64,000 nt of DNA from Klebsormidium nitens. Taxonomy: Eukaryota; Plantae; Klebsormidiophyceae. Below, in pieces: positions 51,101 to 60,058 of this stretch (its first letter is position 1; each line of letters starts with the position of its first letter). The notes under the pieces are model-generated. The model saw nothing but the letters and a program-made list of their open reading frames with translations, ran no database searches and was not told the origin of the DNA. Where the stretch lies: positions 44,448-108,447 of the forward strand of contig DF237250.1 in assembly GCA_000708835.1 (NCBI GenBank), given 5' to 3'. The translations under genes and the position numbers were made by a program.

Positions 51101-54100
51101 CTGGGTTCGGTCTGCTTCCAGCTTCGTTGCCGACTTTGATGAAATGTGTGCAGTATTCACAGCTGGTTTCAGTGCGATCATGAAGGCCGTGGCTGCCTCA
51201 GTTAAAACTGTGCCAGGCCGTTTTCAGGCGCGTGCTTGCGCTCAAGCTCGCAGGCTCGATTTCTGGCCGTTGTGGGCCTGTTCTCGGGGGCTGCTTTTGA
51301 CGCGAGGTTAAGCTGATAAGTTGGGGCTGCGGGTGTGAATTAAGGCCGTCGGCGAGAGCTCTAATAGACGGGTGCGTTTGGATCTAATGTAGCCTGGTTT
51401 GGGGGCTTTTTGCGGGCCCCGTTCGACTTACTTGATGTTGAAGCTGGGGCCGCGGTCGAGCTGACTTTTCTCGGTACGCGCGTGAGGTCTTTGCTTGTTT
51501 TCGGATCTGCTGTGGGCCTGGTTTCGGGGGCTGTTTTCGAGCGGCAGTCAAGTAGACTGACGGGGTTCGTGGAAGTGTACTAGGGCCGTGATCGAGCTAA
51601 CTTTTCTTGGGTACACGCGTACTTTCTTGCTCCTCTTAGATCAGCTATGGGCCTGGTTTCAGAGCAGCTCTTCTTGGGGGTTAGTCAAGTGGGATTTGGG
51701 TCGCTACTGGGTGGTTTAAAGGGCCGTTAGTAGCTGTGAGCTCGAATTTGGGGCCCGCTGGGGGCTGGGTGGACGTGTTCTAGGTTGCGGCAAGGCCTTG
51801 GGTCCGATGATTCAACCGTTCTTTGCTGAAAACAACTTCACTCCGATTGTGCAGTGCCCTTCGACATGCAAGCGCTTCGTGAAGCAGCTGGAGCAGGATT
51901 TCAACGATCGAGAACCCGCCCGCCGAGTCCGATCGACATCGACATGGCATCTTCCTCCACGCTGACAAGAGGTCGAAGGTCGACGAGGAGTTCTTCCAGA
52001 AGGCCATGGCGGATCCAGACACCTACTTGGAGGCTGATCTCGTGGCCTTCTCTCCAAAGCTTGGCCCGGGTGTCTCGAAAGAGAAGCCGCACGCTGAGGA
52101 GACGGTCGCTTTCACCCTCAACGGCCTCCCTGGCCCTCCTGTCCAGACGCTGCTTCAGCAGCATGCGCGCTTCCGAACGGTTACTCACTCGACCATCTAC
52201 TATAAGCAGGTGATGTCGTCTGCGGTGGACTTGCCGCGCTCGACGGAGGCGGTCTTCCAGGCCATCGAGCGTGACAATCAGCAGATCGTTCAGATGCTTG
52301 GCGACGCATCCGGCTTTCACTATCTGAGGGGGGCGCGCGGCATCTGCGATTGCTCATCGGCGAGCTCCGTGTTGTACGCGAACAACATCCTCGAGAAGGT
52401 GGAGAGCTATCTAGAGTATCTGACGAAGCTGAAGGCCGACCTGGAAAGTCAGGGGTTCGTGGTGACAGTTGAACACATCGATCCAAAGGTTAGGGTGCCG
52501 AGCTACCGGGATTTATAAGACTTGCTCTCTATGTTGCAAGATGCTCTCTGTGACGCTTTCAACACTCCTTGGTTTTTACTTGGAACTTGAAGGTGACAGG
52601 TGTTTACGCAAAGTTCCGTAGAAGGAAACCGTTGAAGCTAGCATGCATGAGCGTTTTGCAGCGCAATCTCTCCTTTCGTGGGCCGAGGAGTCACTTTCGA
52701 TGCTCGCTCTGCAACTGGTGCACGATTTGCGGTCTTGTGGAACTTAGGGTAGTGTTTCCACCCTCTCCTTCCAGGGCAGCCCCGGGCGCCCGCTCTCGGA
52801 AGTCCCTCTCGGCTTCGACGCGGACCCAGAGCTTTTGGACGATGAAGACTGGCGAGCCAAGTACATCATCAGCTCGGAGCAGTACGAGATCCTATGCGAA
52901 AGGCCCGACAACCTGACTCCGAGGGAGCAGCTACAGGAGTACTTGTACGAGCTGGTCATGAACGAGTACAAGGTCGATCCTCACCGGGTTGATCACGCCT
53001 TCTACCTCCGCTTTTGTGACGACTCGGACGATGCAAAGCGTACAAGAGACGCCCATGCGAACTATCTCAGGTAAATGCCTTGTTCCAATAACGCCTCGTC
53101 TCAAGCCGCACCCGAAAACTTTCGGAGTTGTGGGCCTGCGGGCTAGCTTTGTCAACCCCAGAGCCGCAGTCAATCTGTTTGAGGTGCGATGGTGTGACCC
53201 GGATCTCAAGCTGCTTCCGGGCCTGCTGTGGCTTCTAGGTCTCGCTGTGGGTGTATCATGGGCCCGCTTTTGCGCTTTTTCGAATGACAGCAGTCCTAGA
53301 ACGTTTGGCGCGACTCTAGGTTGGTTTTGGTTCTGCTTTGGCCCGCGATAAGGCGTGGTCGAGCTGTTGCTGAGGGTGGTTTGTCATAGTCTGTGGTTGG
53401 CTGCAGTGGGCCTTGGATTCAGTGCCGGTCGTGGTAGGAAGGGCGCTCAGAGGGACGGTTTTTGAGGGTGTGGGGTCCGGATGTTTTTGCTGTTTTTGTC
53501 ATGGCATCGGTAGTCCCAGGGGCTGTGGTATCACCGTTCAGCTGTGTTGTGAGGTTGATCTCCTTTGAAGTGCCGGCCAATCCAGCCCCCTCCCCGCGTG
53601 CTTCCGTCCACTGCTTCTCAATGCTTGTTATGACCCATCTAGGTTCCGTGAACACCGCTTCGCCGTTCTCGTTGGGGACCTGGACACGGCGCTCGAAGCG
53701 GCCATGTTGGCGGGCGTGGTCCAGGAGTACGTGAAACAAGTTCAAGACCCTGCCAGCCGTGTGCCAATTGCGGTGCGCGTCCTTGCCTTCCTTCTCGAGT
53801 GCGGCGAGGAGGAGCTCGATCACGAGTTGGAGCAATGGGAGGTGTCGGAGGAGCGCATGCAGGCTGCCTATGCGGAGCTCATCGGGCCCACCAAGAAGCG
53901 TTTGAAGAGCATGTTCAACCTCTACGGCTTCACGCAGCAGACCGCTAGGCCATCGAAAGCTGCCGATGGGAGACTGAACGAGAGGTGGGCTCAGAAGCGG
54001 AATGCGGTGGCAAAGGTGCTCAGGGCGGGCCTCGGGATCGAGATGCAGATTGCCGCGGGAAAGAGCGGGGGCAAATTCAAGACGCCCCACATGTTGACGC

Positions 54101-54189
54101 CTGCTATCTATCGAGGTCTACATGAGCGATATGGTTGGCTGGACGCGGAAATAGACGCCGCCGAATCGGAGTGCACAATTAGGCCGTAG
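45179..54189 (+). CDS. Intron-containing fusion of a PrimPol-type AEP primase (with UL52-like Zn finger) and a herpes UL9-like origin-binding SF2 helicase; one +1 frameshift at ~51907
   Basis: Core exons 47221-47512, 48005-49755, 50160-51024, 51855-52488, 52775-53070 and 53643-54189 join in phase. Primase motifs: HLYEVI..WRIYFDLDF, KYSVH, DGGVYGRHRCFRLLGSSK, and C..H..C..C. Helicase motifs: ARAKKGVGKS, VVCCINSIHRV, DVLIIDEMDMVLANLNS, VIGLDAN, AFSPKLGPGVS, LLQQHARFR. Upstream exons (45179-47060) are tentative. Confidence 0.82.
45400..46240 (+). repeat. Palindromic repeat family, intronic clusters
   Basis: About six units at ~45415 (half), 45470, 45858, 45955, 46068 and 46178. Confidence 0.85.
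47625..47990 (+). repeat. Palindromic repeat family, intronic tandem array (~116-bp period)
   Basis: Units at 47625, 47742 and ~47858, plus a partial unit at ~47977. Confidence 0.88.
49808..50058 (+). repeat. Palindromic repeat family, near-perfect 97-bp tandem array in the primase/helicase intron
   Basis: TGACAATCTGCA at 49808, 49905 and 50002; right arms at 49853 (imperfect), 49950 and 50047; each spacer is 33 nt. Confidence 0.95.
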
Positions 54190-54458
54190 AGGTGTTGATG
54201 TATCGAAGAAAGATCGTAGGAGTAGAGGCTTTGATGTACAAAGGTGTACATATGGTTCTTTGCTAGTAATTGTAGAGTGTGTGAGAGGCTGTTAAGGTGA
54301 TGTTTTATTTTAAACATTGTGCGTCGATAAGAGGTTCTCAATCTGCAATCCGCAACTCAAGTGTACATAGGGATTGTAGACTCTTCAATTCGAGATTTGT
54401 GTAAAAGAATCTACTTTGCGGGCCCGGATGTGTGAGCCCGTCAATATGCATCGTTTGA

Positions 54459-55171
54459 NNNNNNNNNNNNNNNNNNNNNNNNNNNNNNNNNNNNNNNNNN
54501 NNNNNNNNNNNNNNNNNNNNNNNNNNNNNNNNNNNNNNNNNNNNNNNNNNNNNNNNNNNNNNNNNNNNNNNNNNNNNNNNNNNNNNNNNNNNNNNNNNNN
54601 NNNNNNNNNNNNNNNNNNNNNNNNNNNNNNNNNNNNNNNNNNNNNNNNNNNNNNNNNNNNNNNNNNNNNNNNNNNNNNNNNNNNNNNNNNNNNNNNNNNN
54701 NNNNNNNNNNNNNNNNNNNNNNNNNNNNNNNNNNNNNNNNNNNNNNNNNNNNNNNNNNNNNNNNNNNNNNNNNNNNNNNNNNNNNNNNNNNNNNNNNNNN
54801 NNNNNNNNNNNNNNNNNNNNNNNNNNNNNNNNNNNNNNNNNNNNNNNNNNNNNNNNNNNNNNNNNNNNNNNNNNNNNNNNNNNNNNNNNNNNNNNNNNNN
54901 NNNNNNNNNNNNNNNNNNNNNNNNNNNNNNNNNNNNNNNNNNNNNNNNNNNNNNNNNNNNNNNNNNNNNNNNNNNNNNNNNNNNNNNNNNNNNNNNNNNN
55001 NNNNNNNNNNNNNNNNNNNNNNNNNNNNNNNNNNNNNNNNNNNNNNNNNNNNNNNNNNNNNNNNNNNNNNNNNNNNNNNNNNNNNNNNNNNNNNNNNNNN
55101 NNNNNNNNNNNNNNNNNNNNNNNNNNNNNNNNNNNNNNNNNNNNNNNNNNNNNNNNNNNNNNNNNNNNNNN
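54459..55171. other. Assembly gap (N run)
   Basis: Run of N; it begins inside a palindromic repeat unit (cccgtcaatatgcatcgtttga|N). Confidence 1.
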
Positions 55172-55498
55172 TCTCGGTTGCCCCCGTTGTTTGGTGGCCT
55201 TCCACGGCTTACTTCTGCGCAAGCCGGCCATCTCATCCAGCAGCGGCAGATCAATCTTCTGCTCCAACTCCCGTTGTGCTCCACGGCCGTATCTCTTGGG
55301 CACGATGAGGCAAACGGCCGTGGGAGCCCAAGAAGGAGAGCGTAACGGCGAGGGTCCCCGGGGGATCCTACTGTGAAAGGCACGGTCGAAAACGATCAAA
55401 AGGGCGTACGAACCGATTTAAGAACACAGAAGTGCCTCTAGTGCATCCGTCGACACGATGCATACCCCACGTGGCTAAGGCAGTTGACTTCCGTGCCT

Positions 55499-55860
55499 TT
55501 ACAGAGAGCGCTCGCTGTGGCTGGGGGCTGCCACAGACTCCGCGATTGCCACCGCAAAATGCCAAGGCCCATGGCGGCCCCTGGCTCGGTTGATGCGATG
55601 CACCTTCACCGGCAGCTCCACGCCTGTGCGACTGGGCTCGAACACTCCATGGTGCTTGTCGTCGCGTCCGATAAATCCCAGCGGCGCTGTGCGGTTTGCG
55701 GGATCGAAGATGCCAATCGCGTAAGTGTCAAAGCCACCCCCCAAGTTCTTCGAAAGCACGAGAGCTTGGCCAACCCAAAGCTTGCGGATCGCATCCAGTC
55801 GAGCTGCAAAGGTGACGCCACCGTTCGGCACAGCATTCGGCCATCTGGAAGCTTCCCCAT
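55499..55860 (-). pseudogene. Stand-alone HIRAN-domain gene with a -1 frameshift near 55818
   Basis: MGKLPDGRMLCRTV continues, after adding one G, as GVTFAARLDAIRKLWVGQALVLSKNLGGGFDTYAIGIFD..PLGFIGRD. It aligns from the start with the 56099 ORF. Confidence 0.7.
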
Positions 55861-56098
55861 GATACGGCCAGCACAATTGTGCCTTTCGTGTTTGCGCTTT
55901 CTCCCTCAGTCGGATATGTCGGCGACATTCGATCAGCTCACGAGTGTTGATAATTTGCAGGGCTCGTCGGAAAACCCCTAGTGTGTGGACCAGAATTGCG
56001 GTTTATCGGATGACTATGGGCCGTGCGCTTTTTGGCATATGTCGCACTTAGAGAGAGCGTGGAAGCCTCGAGGAGCACCGGATTTGGGGCTCTTTGAG

Positions 56099-56449
56099 AT
56101 GAATCGCCTACCAGACGGGAGCCTACTGATTCGTGCCGTGGGTGTGAGCTTCGAAGGTAGGCAGGCCGCCGTGTGCGCACTTCGGCCGGGACAAGAGCTG
56201 CTCCTTGTAAGAGATGCAACGAACGAGCACAATCCGCATGCAATCGCCATCTTTGAGGCGCAAGATACGAGCTCGCACCTTGGGTTCGTGGGGCGTGACA
56301 TCAACCGTCACGAGGCGTTTTGCGCGGCTCGTGCGGGCCAAGCCCTGCTTGCGCGCGTGCATAGTGTCGGGCCTTGTGGCAGCAGCGGCCTTTGGGGGTA
56401 CATCTTGAGGATCGGAGCTCCTCGCGATAGCTCCGTCGTTCTCGCATGA
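56099..56449 (+). CDS. Stand-alone HIRAN-domain protein
   Basis: MNRLPDGSLLIRAVGVSFEGRQAAVCALRPGQELLLVRDATNEHNPHAIAIF..HLGFVGRD matches the HIRAN pattern (GVxF..R..L..G..LxLxR...N.hD.hAI..LGfv). The start could be further upstream. Confidence 0.8.
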   Translation: MNRLPDGSLLIRAVGVSFEGRQAAVCALRPGQELLLVRDATNEHNPHAIAIFEAQDTSSHLGFVGRDINRHEAFCAARAGQALLARVHSVGPCGSSGLWGYILRIGAPRDSSVVLA

Positions 56450-56562
56450 TGGGGCGAGCAGTTTGGCCGCGCATTCTCTAAGTGCCGTTGAGAGACAATG
56501 GAAAGCCGTCAATATGCACGGTTCATGATAGGGGTTTTTTCACATAGCGCGCGCCGCAGACA

Positions 56563-56749
56563 CATCACAGCATCACGGATCACACTTTGAAATTACTTCG
56601 ATTGTATTTCTTCGTCGCCGGTGGCTGCTGATTTTTGTAGTGTGATGCTGTGATGCTGTGATGCTCACCTGCTTTTGCCTTGATTCATGGGTATCCTATC
56701 ACTTTTGGTACATCACACTTTACTTTTAAAGAAGTGTGATGATGTGATG
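56563..56749. promoter_or_regulatory. Inverted CATCAC/GTGATG iteron cluster, candidate replication origin
   Basis: CATCACAGCATCAC at 56563-56576 faces GTGATGCTGTGATGCTGTGATG at 56642-56663. A perfect 10-bp inverted repeat lies at 56711-56720 / 56732-56741. The origin function is inferred. Confidence 0.5.
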
Positions 56750-56789
56750 AAGAATTCCAAGTCTCCACTTTGCTCTCAACGGAGCACTT

Positions 56790-59495
56790 TCAGAGAGAAG
56801 AAGCTGAATCTACTTCGATTTTGACACCAATATGCTCCAAACCGCAACCCAAACATGTTCGAAGCTCTTTAATCTCTTTATCATCCTTTTGTGACGGATC
56901 GTAGCTTGTCATCCATGGGCGATCAACGTCATTGGCATGCCTCAGAGGCCTTTCCCAGCTCGTCTCTTTCCAAAGGTAGGCCTTCCCCTCCTGAAACATC
57001 TTCTCACCCCGTAGAAGCTTACACATCTCACCTTCTGGTTTGAACCACCATCCTCGGACCGTTTTTGCTTCCTGGTTGAATTGGTCGTTGTTTGGTCTGC
57101 TCAAGTTCCGAGTGCATGATCGCAGCTTAAAGGCTTTATGCAACGCTCCACAAAGTGCCGTTCGTGTAAGCCTAGCTTCCGCCGCTTGGATGTTATTGTC
57201 TCGTAGGAAGGTCTCGTATGTTGCCAAGATATCTTCACTTGCGGCCCATGTTTCTTTCGTTGGATGGAAGCAGCCGTTCTCAAGGAGAGCTTGGACCATG
57301 GATGCATACGTGGGAATCGAATGTGCTCTTAAGGCTTCTCCCCACGCTGTTTGGGGCACCAACTTTGCATTCCAAGTTGAGATGTCCAGAGATAGAAGGT
57401 ATTGGAAGAAGCGCTTTGCCGTTTCTGGTTGCTCGAGCTCATTTCCCAAACGAGTAAAGTACTCCTTGTCTCCCAGCTTCTCATTAGATGCTTCTACAGC
57501 CGCATACCGTCTGTCATCAACACCGCGCTTGACTGGCCACTCCTCGTTTGTTGTGAAGACGGAGTTGCAAAAGTCTCTCACTTGGATCGGGTCAATTCCT
57601 TTCTTCTCGAGCATGCTCCGTTCTTGAGTGATGTGGCTCTTGAATCGATTGTTGCTCTTGTAAGCTCCACCCCAGCTGGAGACCTCGTCGAAAACAGTGA
57701 GTAGTCGGTTGGCGGAAATGGAGTTGAATCTGCCAATCACCTTGTCGAGATCGTTACAGTACAAGTATAGATCCTCGCCGAGAATTCGAAGCCCTACAAA
57801 ATCCCATATGATGTTCTTTCCAGCACCCTCTTTGGATTTAAACACGAGTGCCACCCCGATCTTCTTCCCAGGCCGCTGGACTTGATGAGCAAGCCAGTTA
57901 AGTATGTATTCGTAGCATGCACGATCCCCGTTGGCCAGAATGTGGCGGAGGTGCCAGAAAAGTCGAGGCAAGCGCTCCTCGCAATCTCGCAACCCGTCTG
58001 CATCCAGCACAGCCACCTCGTCTTGGTCGAAGCAAAGTCCGTCATAGAGATTGTAGTCCCCCGTTGCGTGACCGTACAGGTTGGGGTCGAAAATGATGGA
58101 GTCGTATATCTTTCTCTCCGGCGATTGTCGCCAGAACTGCCCCGCAGTCGTTGCCGGCAGGTGTTGGAGACGAAGGCATTCGAAACGCAGCGCAAAGTCG
58201 GCACCGGACCTCAGTATGGTTCCATTGGACTTTAATTCTCCTCCTATACTCCGACGAAAGGTGGTTTCAATGTAGATGGGTTTGGAAACCCCAACTACTA
58301 CGCCACAATAGGTGTTAAGAACGGCCATAGTGATGTCTGCTAGCACTCTCTTTTTGGCCCTCTGCTCTTCTTTGGAAGCAGCGTCCATCTTATCACATAT
58401 ATATTGTTCGCATACGTGAAGGATCCTACCGTTTCCAAGCTTCTCCGGAAGGCATTGGGGCCAAAAGTGGACCCCGAGGAGACGCTTTGGCTTTCGTATG
58501 CACTCTTTACTCAGACACCGATAGAGTAAGAGAGCGCCGTTGGACAAGACGCTCCAATTGTTTGAGATGTGCTTCTCACCGTTGAGGCATGTGCGTGTGC
58601 CGACCGTTCTATATTTAAGTATGTGCCAATCATTGAGAATCTTGCTGTCCATACCGCAGAAGCGGCTCTTATCATTAGGGAGCTTCTCTTTTAGAAGTTT
58701 GGCGATCTTATCCAAAGCGCTTTGCAAGCCCGGAAAGCTTAGAGGATCTTTTAAAACGACGACACTATTTGTGGGCTGGGACGCGAGAGCCGCTGAGGAT
58801 TCGCCACTACTCATAGTTGAATTCGATCTGTCAAAACGTTCATTTGGATCACCCGTAAGCAATTTAGCGAGCCAATCGGGCATGGCTTGGGGGAGGTTGC
58901 ATTGCGTTTTGTCCCATTTGTAACAGTAAACAGTTCCCGAGTCGTCCACATACGAGCTTGGTTCAACGAAGAGGAGCCCGTTTCCTCCTCTCCCATCGAT
59001 AGCCCATTGTTGACCCTTGTACTTCAGACCTGCAAAGTTTGTGTGTCGATGGTGGAAGTTGGTGCTTGAGCTGCTCTTGAACAAATAATGAAGACCTCCT
59101 CTACCCGACTTTGCTTTCAGAGTCACAGGATCGCCATGTTCGAGTGTGAGTTGCTTCCACAGCTCCAATCCTGATCGAAATTTAACCCCTTCTGGGCTTA
59201 CCTTGCAATCTTTATCAATATCAAGGGCGTAGACGTTAGAAATTCCGGTCAACACGGCTATTGAGTTCACGTCGTTTGGTGCCTTCTCGATCATTTTATC
59301 AATACATTTGTGCCATATGGCAGCCGACGTGATGTGCACGTATGTTTGGAGATTACTAGCAATTTTCTTCCCTCCTTTGAGCTCGATTGTGAGTGGCAAG
59401 GTATAGAGCCCCTCTTGAGACAAGCGCCGTATGGCTGCTTCCAAGCGCCGTTTGGTCTCGCTCTTTGTTTTCATCGTTGGTCCCTGAACGTCCAA
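56790..59495 (-). CDS. Intronless primase-helicase: N-terminal bifunctional Prim-Pol domain, Cys/His Zn-binding region, C-terminal SF3 (D5/NrS-1-like) helicase
   Basis: 901 aa. NSIAVLTG..VYALDID, SGRGGLHYLF and IDGRGGNGLLFVEPS (Prim-Pol); CLNGEKH..YRCLSKEC; LNWLAHQVQRPGKK..KEGAGKN (Walker A), LTVFDEV (Walker B), VFTTN..DDRRY (sensor/Arg finger). Confidence 0.88.
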   Translation of the reverse strand: MDVQGPTMKTKSETKRRLEAAIRRLSQEGLYTLPLTIELKGGKKIASNLQTYVHITSAAIWHKCIDKMIEKAPNDVNSIAVLTGISNVYALDIDKDCKVSPEGVKFRSGLELWKQLTLEHGDPVTLKAKSGRGGLHYLFKSSSSTNFHHRHTNFAGLKYKGQQWAIDGRGGNGLLFVEPSSYVDDSGTVYCYKWDKTQCNLPQAMPDWLAKLLTGDPNERFDRSNSTMSSGESSAALASQPTNSVVVLKDPLSFPGLQSALDKIAKLLKEKLPNDKSRFCGMDSKILNDWHILKYRTVGTRTCLNGEKHISNNWSVLSNGALLLYRCLSKECIRKPKRLLGVHFWPQCLPEKLGNGRILHVCEQYICDKMDAASKEEQRAKKRVLADITMAVLNTYCGVVVGVSKPIYIETTFRRSIGGELKSNGTILRSGADFALRFECLRLQHLPATTAGQFWRQSPERKIYDSIIFDPNLYGHATGDYNLYDGLCFDQDEVAVLDADGLRDCEERLPRLFWHLRHILANGDRACYEYILNWLAHQVQRPGKKIGVALVFKSKEGAGKNIIWDFVGLRILGEDLYLYCNDLDKVIGRFNSISANRLLTVFDEVSSWGGAYKSNNRFKSHITQERSMLEKKGIDPIQVRDFCNSVFTTNEEWPVKRGVDDRRYAAVEASNEKLGDKEYFTRLGNELEQPETAKRFFQYLLSLDISTWNAKLVPQTAWGEALRAHSIPTYASMVQALLENGCFHPTKETWAASEDILATYETFLRDNNIQAAEARLTRTALCGALHKAFKLRSCTRNLSRPNNDQFNQEAKTVRGWWFKPEGEMCKLLRGEKMFQEGKAYLWKETSWERPLRHANDVDRPWMTSYDPSQKDDKEIKELRTCLGCGLEHIGVKIEVDSASSL

Positions 59496-59706
59496 CCCAT
59501 CCTATCGAGGTACCACTGGCTCTTCTTCGATCGTGCTATGTAGCGAACAGTAGTTATCACCCTGTGAGCTCGTCATTTGAAATCCGCTAGAGGCCATTGC
59601 CGATTTCTTCTTACAAGGGAAGATTATTTTCACAGCAATCGAACGCGCGTCAGGGCGACTTCAAATATTTTCTGTTTTTCACATTAAGCAAGAGGCTCCT
59701 CACACA

Positions 59707-60036
59707 ATGGAAGAACAACCCTCTTTATCATCCACAAGCAGATACGAGGACGAAGTTTTGGTTTGTCCATGTGCTCATTGCCAGACTTTACGAAGATATC
59801 GAGAACGAGATCCTCAAGCACATCTGCGTCATGTGCGCGCCTATTACCATCGCCATAAGGACAACATCCTTCTTGCACAAGCTTATGCTCGATACCAATC
59901 CGGCGCAAGAAGTCACCAAAACACCATCAAAAGGCTCATAAGAGCCGGCTTTCCTGTACTTCCAAGTCAGTCCGAGTATGCTGAAGGAATGATGACGGAT
60001 GCCACGTCCTCTTCCTTTGCCATCGAAGCTGCATGA
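59707..60036 (+). CDS. Small basic hypothetical protein of virus-like type
   Basis: CPCAHCQTLRRYRERDPQAHLRHVRAYYHRHKDNILL resembles the YRE..E..R.Y...YY..NKE pattern of small ORFs in virus-like elements (recall-based). Confidence 0.5.
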   Translation: MEEQPSLSSTSRYEDEVLVCPCAHCQTLRRYRERDPQAHLRHVRAYYHRHKDNILLAQAYARYQSGARSHQNTIKRLIRAGFPVLPSQSEYAEGMMTDATSSSFAIEAA

Positions 60037-60058
60037 GTCGAGAGCCGTTTGAGATATT

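Noticed and set aside
54338-55399. Long ORFs (254-353 aa) in the track
   Set aside because: Artefacts of translation through the N gap.
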